A stretch of DNA of 64,000 bases from assembly GCA_021731445.1 (NCBI GenBank), contig JAKFXK010000025.1, positions 1,410 through 65,409 of the forward strand, read 5' to 3'. Below the pieces are notes generated by a model. That model saw nothing but the letters and a program-made list of their open reading frames with translations, was not told the origin of the DNA and made no database searches. Below are positions 10,376 through 19,309 of this stretch, piece by piece (position 1 is the stretch's first letter; every line of letters begins with the position of its first letter). The position numbers were made by a program, and so were the translations under genes. This DNA is from Nevskiaceae bacterium. GTDB lineage: Bacteria > Pseudomonadota > Gammaproteobacteria > Nevskiales > Nevskiaceae.

Positions 10376-12520
10376 GTGGCGAACAGCAAAATGATTGAAC
10401 ACACGCTGGGCAAGTTTTCGGCTTACCTGCGCCGGCGCCTCAACACATTCAAAAAGAGTGTCCTCAAGCGCTACAACAAGTTCCGGTGGCTGACCACGCA
10501 GGCTGCGGTGCCCAAGCCTGTGGTTTACAACGAGCATTTCAAACGCTACGCACTGGCGATTTTCGAGGCCTCGCAGCTGAAGCCCTCACTCAAGAGCGGC
10601 TACATCAAGCGCAGGGCCGAGAGGCTGCATTCAGAGCACTTGGGCGTGCGTGCGATCGCCTTCTACCTGCCGCAGTTCCACCCAATTGCCGAAAACGATC
10701 TCTGGTGGGGCAAAGGCTTCACGGAGTGGAGCAACGTCACGCGCGCGGTGCCACAGTTCACTGGCCACTACCAGCCTCGGCTGCCGGGCGATCTGGGGTT
10801 TTATGACCTCCGGGTGCCGGAGGTCATGCGCCAGCAGGTGGAGCTTGCCAAGGACTACGGCATCGACGGTTTCTGCTTCCACCATTACTGGTTCAACGGT
10901 CGTCGCCTGCTGGAAAAACCCGTCCAGCAGTTTCTCGCCGACCCCACGCTCGACATCAACTTCTGCCTGTGCTGGGCCAACGAGAACTGGTCGCGGCGCT
11001 GGGATGGTTCCGAGCATGAGATTCTCATGCCGCAGAGCCATTCACCCGAGGATGACTTGGCCTTCATCGAAGACCTGATGCCAGCCTTCAAGGATGCGCG
11101 CTACATCTGCGTCGATGGCAAACCGGTGCTTATCGTCTACCGCGCCACCTTGTTCCCTGACATCGCGGCGACGGCAGCGCGCTGGCGCGCAAGGGCCAGG
11201 GAGCACGGCTTCGACGATCTTTACCTTGTCGCCGCGCTGTCGTTCGACGTGGGCAATCCCAAGCTGTTCGGCTTCGATGCAGCAGTCGAGTTTCCGCCGC
11301 ACCAGATACAGTCACTGCCGATCACCTACAAGCACGAGATCATCAACCCCGATTTCAAGGGACAGATTTTCGATTTCGCCGAGATGGCCGGGCGCATGGG
11401 CAAGGTCGACCCTGCGGACTACCTGTGCCACAAGACGGTGATGCCGTCGTGGGACAACTGCGCGCGCAAGCTGGCTGCCGCCAACAGCTTCGTCAACGAT
11501 AGCCCAGCGGCTTACGCCGGCTGGCTCGACGATGCCCTGACGGTGACCTTGCGCCGGCCGCCAAAGGAGCGCCTGATCTTCATCAACGCCTGGAACGAAT
11601 GGGGCGAGGGTGCCTGCCTGGAACCTGACCGGCGCTATGGCTATGCCAATTTGAACGCCACCGCCAACGTGCTGGCGCGCAGTTATCTCGACGAGGAGGC
11701 CGATGCCCTGATCGCGGAAATCAACGGCCGTTTCAGGAAAACCAGCAAGGTCGCCATCCTGCTGCACCTCTATTACCAGGATCTGCTGCCGGATCTGGTG
11801 CAGAAGTATTTTTCGACGATTTCCGGTGCCGATTTCTTCGTCTCGGTGCGCAACGACGTGTCGATCAATGTGCTGGAGGAGATTGCCGGCGCGCTGCCGA
11901 ACGTCTACATTGTCAAGATCGAAAACCGTGGCCGCGACATCCAGCCGTTCCTGCGCGTGCTGGAGTGGCTGGTGTTCTTCGACTACGAAATCGCCTGCAA
12001 GCTGCACACCAAGAAATCAGAGCATCGTGAAGACGGTAATTTCTGGCGCGACCAGTTGCTGGACACATTGCTGGGCGGTGCCGACGCGGTTGGCAGTATC
12101 AAACAGATTTTCGACAACGAGCCCAAGACCGGCGTGCTCGCACCTGCCAAATCCATCCACAACCTGGCGGTACCCGACCTGCACATCGACAACACCGTCT
12201 GGCTCGACAAGCTGCTCACCAAGATGAGACTCGAGCGGCATATCGGCACCTATGCTTTCGAGTTTTCGGCGGGCTCGATGTTCTGGTTCAGGGTCGATGC
12301 CTTGCGCACCCTGCACGAAATGAAACTGGCTGTCGGCGATTTCGAGCATGAAGCGGGCCAGCTCGATGGCACTCTCGCCCATGCACTTGAACGCCTGATG
12401 CTGCTGTGCGCAAGCGAGCGGGGTTATTCGGCGCGCGAGATCGACATGGCGCTGGGTGGAAAAGCCGGAGATGCCACCCAATCTGCACGGACGCCGGTGC
12501 CCCAGATCAACACCCGATAG
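10376..12520 (+). CDS. WbsX/GH99-like domain fused to an RgpF (rhamnan synthesis F) domain; LPS O-polysaccharide related
   Basis: The N-half has AFYLPQFHPIAENDLWWGKGFTEW and FINAWNEWGEG; the C-half has HLYY, ENRGRDIQPF, KLHTKKS, AGSMFWFR and DGTLAHALER. Confidence 0.88.
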   Translation: MANSKMIEHTLGKFSAYLRRRLNTFKKSVLKRYNKFRWLTTQAAVPKPVVYNEHFKRYALAIFEASQLKPSLKSGYIKRRAERLHSEHLGVRAIAFYLPQFHPIAENDLWWGKGFTEWSNVTRAVPQFTGHYQPRLPGDLGFYDLRVPEVMRQQVELAKDYGIDGFCFHHYWFNGRRLLEKPVQQFLADPTLDINFCLCWANENWSRRWDGSEHEILMPQSHSPEDDLAFIEDLMPAFKDARYICVDGKPVLIVYRATLFPDIAATAARWRARAREHGFDDLYLVAALSFDVGNPKLFGFDAAVEFPPHQIQSLPITYKHEIINPDFKGQIFDFAEMAGRMGKVDPADYLCHKTVMPSWDNCARKLAAANSFVNDSPAAYAGWLDDALTVTLRRPPKERLIFINAWNEWGEGACLEPDRRYGYANLNATANVLARSYLDEEADALIAEINGRFRKTSKVAILLHLYYQDLLPDLVQKYFSTISGADFFVSVRNDVSINVLEEIAGALPNVYIVKIENRGRDIQPFLRVLEWLVFFDYEIACKLHTKKSEHREDGNFWRDQLLDTLLGGADAVGSIKQIFDNEPKTGVLAPAKSIHNLAVPDLHIDNTVWLDKLLTKMRLERHIGTYAFEFSAGSMFWFRVDALRTLHEMKLAVGDFEHEAGQLDGTLAHALERLMLLCASERGYSAREIDMALGGKAGDATQSARTPVPQINTR

Positions 12521-12548
12521 CAAACCGCGCGACTGCTGCTGGTGTTGG

Positions 12549-13334
12549 TCAGACTGCCAGCCCTTTCAGATCGGCCCAATTTGCGCTGTGCGTTTGACCG
12601 GCAAGAGCAGGTGCCGTCGCGCGTCGCCGACGAGCCTGCACGACGAACTGGTAGGTCGTCACTTCCGGTTGCCGGGCAAGCCATTGCAGCAGCGCCTTGG
12701 GCACGGCCTCGCGGTCGTAGGCGACTTCGCTTTCGGTGACTGCGCGTACCGTGCGTCGCCATTCGGTCACTTCCAGCCCGGCGTCGGAGAGAAAGCGTTC
12801 GAGGCTGTCGCGGGTGAACCAGCGCAGATGGGTGCGATCCAGCAGTCCCCAGTCCGCATAGTTCACTTGGCCTTCGAGCAAGGCCAGGCGGACATCGGCG
12901 TGCGCCATGTTCGGCACCGAAACCACCACACTGCCGTCCGGCGCCAGGAGCTTGAGGGCATCCCTCAAAACCGTAGCCGGGTCACGCAGATGTTCCAACA
13001 CGTCACCAAACACCAGCACGTCGAAAGTCTGCCCGGCCAGCCGCTGGGAGACGCGTTCGGCATCGAGGTCGATGACGTGCACGGCAAGCGCATGGGCGCG
13101 TGCCAACTTGGCGGCTTCAGGATTGATCTCGATGCCGGTGACGCTGCACTTCATCCGGCGCATGATTTCCGTCATTCGCCCCGTGGCGCAGCCGTATTCC
13201 AGCACCCGGCTGCCCGGCGCGATCATCTTGAGCATGAAAGCGTGGGAGTCGTTGACCGCATTCAGATCGATCGGCTGGTCGTACACCAGGGTCGCTGCCG
13301 GTCGGCGGCTGGAGCGGGCAGGCAGGTTAGTCAT
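12549..13334 (-). CDS. Class I SAM-dependent methyltransferase (glycan/O-antigen associated)
   Basis: VLEYGCATG, FDVLVFGDVLEHLRDP, SVPNMAH, GLLDRTHLRWFT. Confidence 0.9.
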   Translation of the reverse strand: MTNLPARSSRRPAATLVYDQPIDLNAVNDSHAFMLKMIAPGSRVLEYGCATGRMTEIMRRMKCSVTGIEINPEAAKLARAHALAVHVIDLDAERVSQRLAGQTFDVLVFGDVLEHLRDPATVLRDALKLLAPDGSVVVSVPNMAHADVRLALLEGQVNYADWGLLDRTHLRWFTRDSLERFLSDAGLEVTEWRRTVRAVTESEVAYDREAVPKALLQWLARQPEVTTYQFVVQARRRRATAPALAGQTHSANWADLKGLAV

Positions 13335-14389
13335 GTCGCAATCCTAACCTGCACGCCTCGCAGTGGGGTGGGCAGTTGCTTCAAGGCGGCAAGCACCGTC
13401 TGCGGTGTGAGTTGCCGCAGGCAGTCGAACCTTCCCGCGCAGCTGGGATGGCGGCCGCAGGGCGCGCAAGCGAGGTCACGGAACAGCACCAGGGAGTCTG
13501 TCCCGCGTGCTGCCGCATAAGGTCGTGTGGAGCCGAACAAGGCGATTGTGGGACGTTGCAAAGCAAAGCCCAGATGGGTGAGGCCGGTATCGACGCCGAT
13601 GACGGCAGTTGCGCCAGCGATCAGCTCTGCCGCGCCCAGCAGGCTGGTTTTGCCCGCATGGTTTTCGATGACGCTGCCGCCCGTGGCGACCACCAGCCGT
13701 GCGGCAGCGCCGGCATCGGCAGGGCCGCCGAGAATCAGCACGCGATGGCCGTCCACTGCAAGGCTTTTCAGCAGCGCAATCCAGTGGGCTTCCGGCCAGT
13801 GTTTTTGCGGACGGGTGGTGAAGGGGGCTGCGACCAGATAGGGCGCCGCCTGCGCCGCAGCGGCCAGATCGAGACAGGGAATGCAGTCGCCCGCGCCAGC
13901 GAGCGCATGCAGCATCGGCGCATGCTCGTCGCCGATGAAGCGGCGCTGCGAATGGGCTTCTGGAAATCGCTGAACTATCTGATGCAGCCAGTGCTTGCCG
14001 GGTTCTTTCGAGTCATAGCCGATGCGCATCCGTCCACCTGCCAGCCGTGCCAGCGCGCGGCTCTTGAACAAGCCCTGAGCGTCAATCACCCAGTCGTAAT
14101 CGCGTGCCCTGAGTCTTGCCGAAAAGCTGGAAATCGCCTGCCACAGCATCAACCAGTGCAGGCCGCGCCACCAGGTGCCCCACTGCCTGCGCTCCCAGAC
14201 AATGACGTCCGCAATCGCGGGCTGGCCCTGCAGCAGTGGGGCAAACTCGGGCTGTACCAGCCAGTCGATCTCGGCATCGGGATACGCGCGTTTGAGGCCC
14301 TGCAGCAGGCCGGTGGCAATCACCACATCGCCAAAGGCCGAGAGGCGGATCAGCAGGATGCGTTTCGGCGGCGGCAAAGGAGCAGGCAT
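13331..14389 (-). CDS. Glycosyltransferase family 9 (heptosyltransferase WaaC/WaaF-like)
   Basis: RILLIRLSAFGDVV, IDAQGLFKS, GVDTGLTHL, ALFGST, C-terminal CAPC...C...C motif. Confidence 0.9.
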   Translation of the reverse strand: MPAPLPPPKRILLIRLSAFGDVVIATGLLQGLKRAYPDAEIDWLVQPEFAPLLQGQPAIADVIVWERRQWGTWWRGLHWLMLWQAISSFSARLRARDYDWVIDAQGLFKSRALARLAGGRMRIGYDSKEPGKHWLHQIVQRFPEAHSQRRFIGDEHAPMLHALAGAGDCIPCLDLAAAAQAAPYLVAAPFTTRPQKHWPEAHWIALLKSLAVDGHRVLILGGPADAGAAARLVVATGGSVIENHAGKTSLLGAAELIAGATAVIGVDTGLTHLGFALQRPTIALFGSTRPYAAARGTDSLVLFRDLACAPCGRHPSCAGRFDCLRQLTPQTVLAALKQLPTPLRGVQVRIAT

Positions 14390-14451
14390 GTTCCTTACAA
14401 TAGCGGCCTTTCAGCCCGCGCGGCGACGCGCTTTTTGACGGAGCAGCAACG

Positions 14452-15375
14452 ATGAGCAGCATGGCCGACCGCGATGGTTTTATCTGGATGGACGGCGACC
14501 TCAAGCCGTGGCGGGAGGCGACGACCCATGTCCTCACCCACACGCTGCACTACGGCGTCGGCTGTTTCGAGGGTATCCGCGCCTACATGACCCCGCGTGG
14601 CACTGCGGTGTTCCGGCTTGAGGACCACACCAAACGCCTGTTCAACTCCGCGAAGATCCTGGGCATGAAGATCCCGTTCACGCCCGAGCAGGTGAACGCT
14701 GCGATCTGCGAAGTGGTGAAGGCCAACAAGCTGCGCGAGTGCTACATCCGCCCGATGGTCTATTACGGGGCCGAGGGCATGGGCCTGCGCGCCGACAACC
14801 TCAAGGTGCACATGATGATCGCGGCCTGGCCCTGGGGCGCCTACCTCGGCCCTGAGGCGATGGAGCGCGGCATCCGCACGAAGACATCGAGCTTCACGCG
14901 GCACCACGTCAACTCGATCATGTGCCGCGCGAAGGCCAACGCCAACTACATCAACTCGATGATGGCGCTCAACGAGGTGATGAAGGACGGCTACGACGAA
15001 GCCATCATGCTCGATACCCAAGGCCACATCGCCGAAGGTTCGGCCGAGAACATCTTCATCATCCAGGACGGCGAGATCGTCACGCCCGACCTCAACAGCT
15101 GCCTCGACGGCATCACCCGCAAGACGCTGATTCAGCTCGCCGCCGACCGTGGCTACGAGGTAAAGGAGAAGCGCATCACCCGCGATGCGCTCTACGTCTG
15201 CGACGAGGCTTTCTTCACCGGCACCGCTGCCGAGGTCACGCCCATCCGCGAGTGCGACAACAAGCTGGTCGGCCCCGGCAAGCGGGGCCCCATCACCGAG
15301 AAGTTGCAGAAGGACTATCTCGCGCTGGTGAAAGGTGAGAGCGACAAATATCCGCAGTGGCTCACGCTCGTTTAA
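14452..15375 (+). CDS. ilvE: Branched-chain amino acid aminotransferase
   Basis: THTLHYGVGCFEGIRAY, EGSAENIF, LDGITR, FFTGTAAEVTPI. Confidence 0.97.
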   Translation: MSSMADRDGFIWMDGDLKPWREATTHVLTHTLHYGVGCFEGIRAYMTPRGTAVFRLEDHTKRLFNSAKILGMKIPFTPEQVNAAICEVVKANKLRECYIRPMVYYGAEGMGLRADNLKVHMMIAAWPWGAYLGPEAMERGIRTKTSSFTRHHVNSIMCRAKANANYINSMMALNEVMKDGYDEAIMLDTQGHIAEGSAENIFIIQDGEIVTPDLNSCLDGITRKTLIQLAADRGYEVKEKRITRDALYVCDEAFFTGTAAEVTPIRECDNKLVGPGKRGPITEKLQKDYLALVKGESDKYPQWLTLV

Positions 15376-15393
15376 CCAGAGCTTTGTGATCGC

Positions 15394-16812
15394 ATGATCC
15401 TGCCCGCCTTCGCCAAGGCCCGCGTCTTGGTGGCGGGCGACGTAATGCTGGACCGCTACTGGTCCGGCAGCACTGCACGCATCTCGCCGGAAGCGCCGGT
15501 GCCGGTGGTGAAGATCGCGCGCGATCAATCCCGCGCCGGTGGTGCCGCCAACGTCGCACTCAACCTCGCCGCACTCGGTGTGCAGACCATCGCACTCGGC
15601 GTGGTGGGTGACGATGCCGATGGCGCGCTGTTGGCCCAGGCACTGAAGGCCGCCGCCATCACGCCGCAACTGCTGCAAGGCCGTGCGCCCACCATCGCCA
15701 AGCTGCGCGTCATGTCGCGCAACCAGCAGTTGCTGCGCATGGATTTCGAGGAGCGTCTCGACACCGCCGGTGTCTTTGATCGCACCGCCTTCATCGCGCG
15801 CTTCACGACGGCACTCGCAGACACCGACGCGGTGATCCTCTCCGACTACGGCAAGGGCACGCTGGCTGATGTGGCGACGCTTATTTCTACCGCGCGCGCA
15901 GCAGGCAAGCCAGTGCTGATCGACCCCAAAGGCACCGACTGGTCGCCGTATGCGGGCGCGACACTGCTCACGCCAAATCTTTCGGAGTTCGAGGCGGTAG
16001 TCGGCAAATGCGCCGACGATGCCGATCTCATCGCAAAGGCCGAAGCCCTGCGCGCACAGCTGAATCTCACTGCGCTGCTGGTCACCCGCAGCGAACGCGG
16101 CATGACGCTGATCGAACCCGGCCGCGCCCCGCTGCACCTGCCGACTGCCGCACGCGAAGTGTTCGACGTCACCGGCGCGGGCGATACGGTGATCGCCACG
16201 CTCGGTGCGGCGCTGGCGGCGGGTTCGTCGCTCGCCGATGCCTGCCGCCTTGCCAACGCCGCCGCCGGCATCACCATCGGCAAGCTGGGTGCTGCAACCG
16301 TCTCCCCTGCGGAACTGATGACGGCCCTCGGCCACATCACCGATGGTTCGGTGCTCGACGAAGACACGCTGGTCACACACATCGAGGCGCTTAAAGCTCT
16401 CGGCAAGACCGTGGTGATGACCAATGGCTGCTTCGACATCCTGCATACCGGGCACGTGCGCTATCTCGAAGCCGCGCGGGCGCTGGGCGATGTGCTGATC
16501 GTCGCCGTCAACACCGACGCTTCAGTGAAGCGCCTCAAGGGCCCCACGCGCCCGCTCAACAACTGCGTCGACCGCATGGCTGTGCTTGCCGCCCTGCGCT
16601 GCGTCGATTTCTGTGTGGCTTTCAGCGAGGACACCCCCGCGCGCCTCATCGGGCGCGTGCTGCCGCACAAGCTGGTGAAGGGCGGCGATTACCGGCCGCA
16701 GGACATCGCCGGCTATGAGGCGGTGACCGCCGCCGGCGGCGAAGTACTCGCGCTCGAGTTTCACCGGGGCTATTCCACCACCCGGCTGATCGGCCTCGCG
16801 CAGAAAGCCTGA
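15394..16812 (+). CDS. hldE: Bifunctional ADP-heptose synthase (kinase plus adenylyltransferase)
   Basis: GDVMLDRYW...RISPEAPVP, DVTGAGDTV, TNGCFDILHTGHVRYL. Confidence 0.96.
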   Translation: MILPAFAKARVLVAGDVMLDRYWSGSTARISPEAPVPVVKIARDQSRAGGAANVALNLAALGVQTIALGVVGDDADGALLAQALKAAAITPQLLQGRAPTIAKLRVMSRNQQLLRMDFEERLDTAGVFDRTAFIARFTTALADTDAVILSDYGKGTLADVATLISTARAAGKPVLIDPKGTDWSPYAGATLLTPNLSEFEAVVGKCADDADLIAKAEALRAQLNLTALLVTRSERGMTLIEPGRAPLHLPTAAREVFDVTGAGDTVIATLGAALAAGSSLADACRLANAAAGITIGKLGAATVSPAELMTALGHITDGSVLDEDTLVTHIEALKALGKTVVMTNGCFDILHTGHVRYLEAARALGDVLIVAVNTDASVKRLKGPTRPLNNCVDRMAVLAALRCVDFCVAFSEDTPARLIGRVLPHKLVKGGDYRPQDIAGYEAVTAAGGEVLALEFHRGYSTTRLIGLAQKA

Positions 16813-17702
16813 TGGTGATGGGCGCAGGCGAGCTGTACTCGCTCGCCTGCACGGTGTGCTGGGCAGTGGCGGTGATCCTGTTCAAGAAGTCGGGCGAAAG
16901 CCTGCCGCCGTTCGCGCTCAACTTCGTCAAGAACCTGCTCTGTGCCGCTGCACTCGGCTTGACGCTTCTGGCGCTCGGCTCCTGGCGCTGGCCGGGCATT
17001 GCCGCCGGGCCGCTCGCGGTCACGCTGATCTCCGGCGCGCTCGGCATCGCGGTGGCCGACACGCTCTACTTCAAGGCGCTCAACGCCATCGGCGCGGCAC
17101 GCATGGGCGTGGTCGGCACCTTCTATTCGCCTTCGGTCATCCTGCTCGCAGCGCTCTTTCTCGGCGAGCGCCTGAGCCTGCTGCAACTGGCCGGCGTCGC
17201 GCTCACGCTGGCGGGCATCGTGCTGGTCACCTACACCCGCACCGCCGATCCGCTCGACCGTGCGGTGCTGCGCAAGGGTGCTCTGCTGGGGGTCGTCTCG
17301 GTGGCGGCGATGGCCGCAGGCGTGGTGATGGTCAAGCCGGTTTTGGAGACTGAGGACTTTCTCTGGGTGGTGTTCCTGCGCGTTGCGGCAGGCGTCGGCT
17401 TGATGGTGGGGATCGTCACCGTGCGCCGGCAGTGGCGCAGCCTCGCCGCCGTCTATCGCGGTGTGCAGCACTGGGGCGCGATCATCGCGGGCTCCCTGAT
17501 GGGCAGCTACGTCGCCCTACTGTTCTGGCTCGCCGGCTACAAGTACGCCGATGCCTCGATTGCCGCCGTCATCAACGAGCTGGCTGCAATTTTCATCGTT
17601 GGTCTTGCGGCTTGGTTGCTGCGGGAGCGGGTGACGCGGCGGCAGCTTGCAGGCGGCGCGCTGGCGTTGGCGGGTGTGCTCGTCGTGGTGCTGGTGCGCT
17701 GA
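16812..17702 (+). CDS. DMT/EamA family transporter
   Basis: About ten hydrophobic segments in two repeats, with LFLGERLS and WLLRERVT motifs. Confidence 0.9.
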   Translation: MVMGAGELYSLACTVCWAVAVILFKKSGESLPPFALNFVKNLLCAAALGLTLLALGSWRWPGIAAGPLAVTLISGALGIAVADTLYFKALNAIGAARMGVVGTFYSPSVILLAALFLGERLSLLQLAGVALTLAGIVLVTYTRTADPLDRAVLRKGALLGVVSVAAMAAGVVMVKPVLETEDFLWVVFLRVAAGVGLMVGIVTVRRQWRSLAAVYRGVQHWGAIIAGSLMGSYVALLFWLAGYKYADASIAAVINELAAIFIVGLAAWLLRERVTRRQLAGGALALAGVLVVVLVR

Positions 17703-17710
17703 GGTCAAAC

Positions 17711-17740
17711 GGCGGGTTACGCTGCGCCAACCCTCCCTGC
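17711..17740 (-). repeat. GTAG-type REP-like palindrome (degenerate copy)
   Basis: The reverse complement GCAGGGAGGGTTGGCGCAGCGTAACCCGCC shares the GGxTTRGCGCAGCGTAAxCC core with the copy at 61035. Confidence 0.7.
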
Positions 17741-17767
17741 GGACTGGCTTTGCCCTTCAGGTTCGAT

Positions 17768-18373
17768 ATGACTCAGCCTTGGCACAAAACCGAAACTTTT
17801 ATAGATACCAAGACATTTTCGACTCAGTTCTGGCAGCAACACAGAGTAGCAATTGAGTCTGGAGAGTTCTGGGCTGACGAGATCAAGGGCCTGCGTGGTG
17901 CGCCAGTCGAGCGGCTACGTTTAGCCATCAATAATTTGCCATTGCCGGCCGCGTTCCGTGAGGCGGCCATTGCCGTGCGAGCTCTAATCAGAGAGCGCAG
18001 AAAGAATAGTGAATCGATTGAGGATCACCTGACTTTGCTGTACTGGTTGGCAGCTATCAGTTCTTTCAGCATCCCGTTTTCACAAAGGCTGAAAGCCCCG
18101 GGCTTCAATGTCATTCAAGCAGTTCCTGGCGCTGTTCTAAAAGCACTCTCCTACAGTTACTCCGAACTTGGTTACAAGGAGTTGGAACTGTTAAGCGCAA
18201 CCGACATTAAGTGGTTTGTCGAGGCGTGGGCAGAGCCGCAGTCGCACAGCACTCTTTACGAATTGCACAAGCAACTCTGGCGGGAATACGAGGACAAGCT
18301 AATAGATGAACATAAAGCCCAAGACCAGAGACTTATTAGTGAATTGCGCGCGTTATTGATTAGAGAAAATTAG
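17768..18373 (+). CDS. Hypothetical protein (201 aa), AT-richer accessory gene
   Basis: ATG at 17768 (MTQPWHKTETF...), where the composition visibly shifts; the longer ORF call from 17432 overlaps the DMT gene. Confidence 0.75.
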   Translation: MTQPWHKTETFIDTKTFSTQFWQQHRVAIESGEFWADEIKGLRGAPVERLRLAINNLPLPAAFREAAIAVRALIRERRKNSESIEDHLTLLYWLAAISSFSIPFSQRLKAPGFNVIQAVPGAVLKALSYSYSELGYKELELLSATDIKWFVEAWAEPQSHSTLYELHKQLWREYEDKLIDEHKAQDQRLISELRALLIREN

Positions 18374-18398
18374 GGCGGGTAGCGCAGCACAACCTATC
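18370..18398 (+). repeat. Degenerate GTAG-type REP-like element whose head overlaps the stop codon
   Basis: TTAGGGCGGGTAGCGCAGCACAACCTATC resembles the 17711 and 61035 copies. Confidence 0.55.
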
Positions 18399-18426
18399 GG
18401 TCATCAATTTCTACGAAGTAAAAGTA

Positions 18427-18980
18427 ATGCGAAAGTCGATCAAAACACTCTCTTATGGTTTAACCCATCCACGCCAATTGCTCGAGAAGTTGCAATTTGA
18501 TGCGGAGAAGCTAGGGCATAGTCCGCACCCCAATGATGTTTTTAATTTTGTTGTTACGGCTGCCGTTTTGGCTGAATGGGCGGAGAAGTTTTATCAGCCA
18601 GATAAAGCCGTCGATTCATTTTGCCTGCTAAATAGAGAAAATAATAGGCGTTGGCATCTGCCGCGAGCTTCTGCGGAATGGATATCTGATACCTCGTGTC
18701 TGCCTAACCTGAAAACGGTGTAGGGCGACACATTGAGAACGCCCTTTCGATTTGCCGTCATACCGCGAATGCTTCGAAGCATTTTCACTGGTCGGATAAA
18801 GGGGAAATTGAAAGCATAGGTGTCGAACCGGAAATTAAGGGCTGGTATCAATACTCCTTTACTTCAACCGCTCCAGATTTATATGTGACATACAAAGGTG
18901 AGAGCTATGGCTTGCGACAGCTCAAGGGGATATTGCTTCAGTTCTACTCAGGGCTTCTTCACACCATTGAGCGGCAGTAA
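18427..18980 (+). pseudogene. Frameshifted hypothetical gene, possible HEPN-like protein
   Basis: The 98-aa ORF stops at 18723, but a second frame continues from the AAAA run near 18712: NGVGRHIENALSICRHTANASKHFHW...LHTIERQ*. One extra base would give about 184 aa. Confidence 0.65.
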
Positions 18981-19017
18981 GCGCTGGGCAAAGCGAAGCG
19001 TGGCCACCCTAGCCCAG
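18977..19017 (+). repeat. Degenerate REP-like palindrome overlapping the stop codon
   Basis: GTAAGCGCTGGGCAAAGCGAAGCGTGGCCACCCTAGCCCAG has TGGGC/GCCAC and CTGGGC/GCCCAG arms around GCGAAGCG. Confidence 0.45.
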
Positions 19018-19037
19018 ATTTCGTTTCGTGTTTTGTG

Positions 19038-19066
19038 TTGAAGCGGTCATACCGCAGTGATACCTT
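19038..19066 (+). promoter_or_regulatory. Putative sigma70 promoter and operator of the toxin-antitoxin operon
   Basis: TTGAAG-17 nt-TACCTT with a TG extended -10; the palindrome GCGGT-CAT-ACCGC lies in the spacer; ATG follows 6 nt after the -10. Confidence 0.55.
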
Positions 19067-19072
19067 GCCGCC

Positions 19073-19309
19073 ATGAAAGTAGCCATCTCCGTCCCCGACC
19101 CGATTTTCCGCGAGGCAGAAGTGCTCGCCTCCGCGCTCAACAAATCGCGCAGTCAGCTTTACGCGGAGGCTCTGGCGGGGTTCGTTCGCACGCACAGCGC
19201 GCACCACATCACCCAGCGCATCAATGCGGTGTGCGACCGTGAGGCCACCGGGCTTGATCCTGCGCTGGCTTCGGCCCAGTTCAAGGTGCTGAGTCGTGAG
19301 ACGTGGTGA
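19073..19309 (+). CDS. Ribbon-helix-helix antitoxin (MazE6/ChpI-like)
   Basis: MKVAISVPDPIF...SRSQLYAEAL RHH pattern, C-terminal W; overlaps the toxin start. Confidence 0.85.
   Translation: MKVAISVPDPIFREAEVLASALNKSRSQLYAEALAGFVRTHSAHHITQRINAVCDREATGLDPALASAQFKVLSRETW

Noticed and set aside
17432-17767. N-terminal extension of the 313-aa ORF
   Set aside because: It overlaps the DMT gene and runs through the REP; ATG 17768 matches the compositional shift.
17703-19030. Integron cassette array (attC sites)
   Set aside because: No complete RYYYAAC...GTTRRRY site and no intI; the palindromes fit REP-like elements better.
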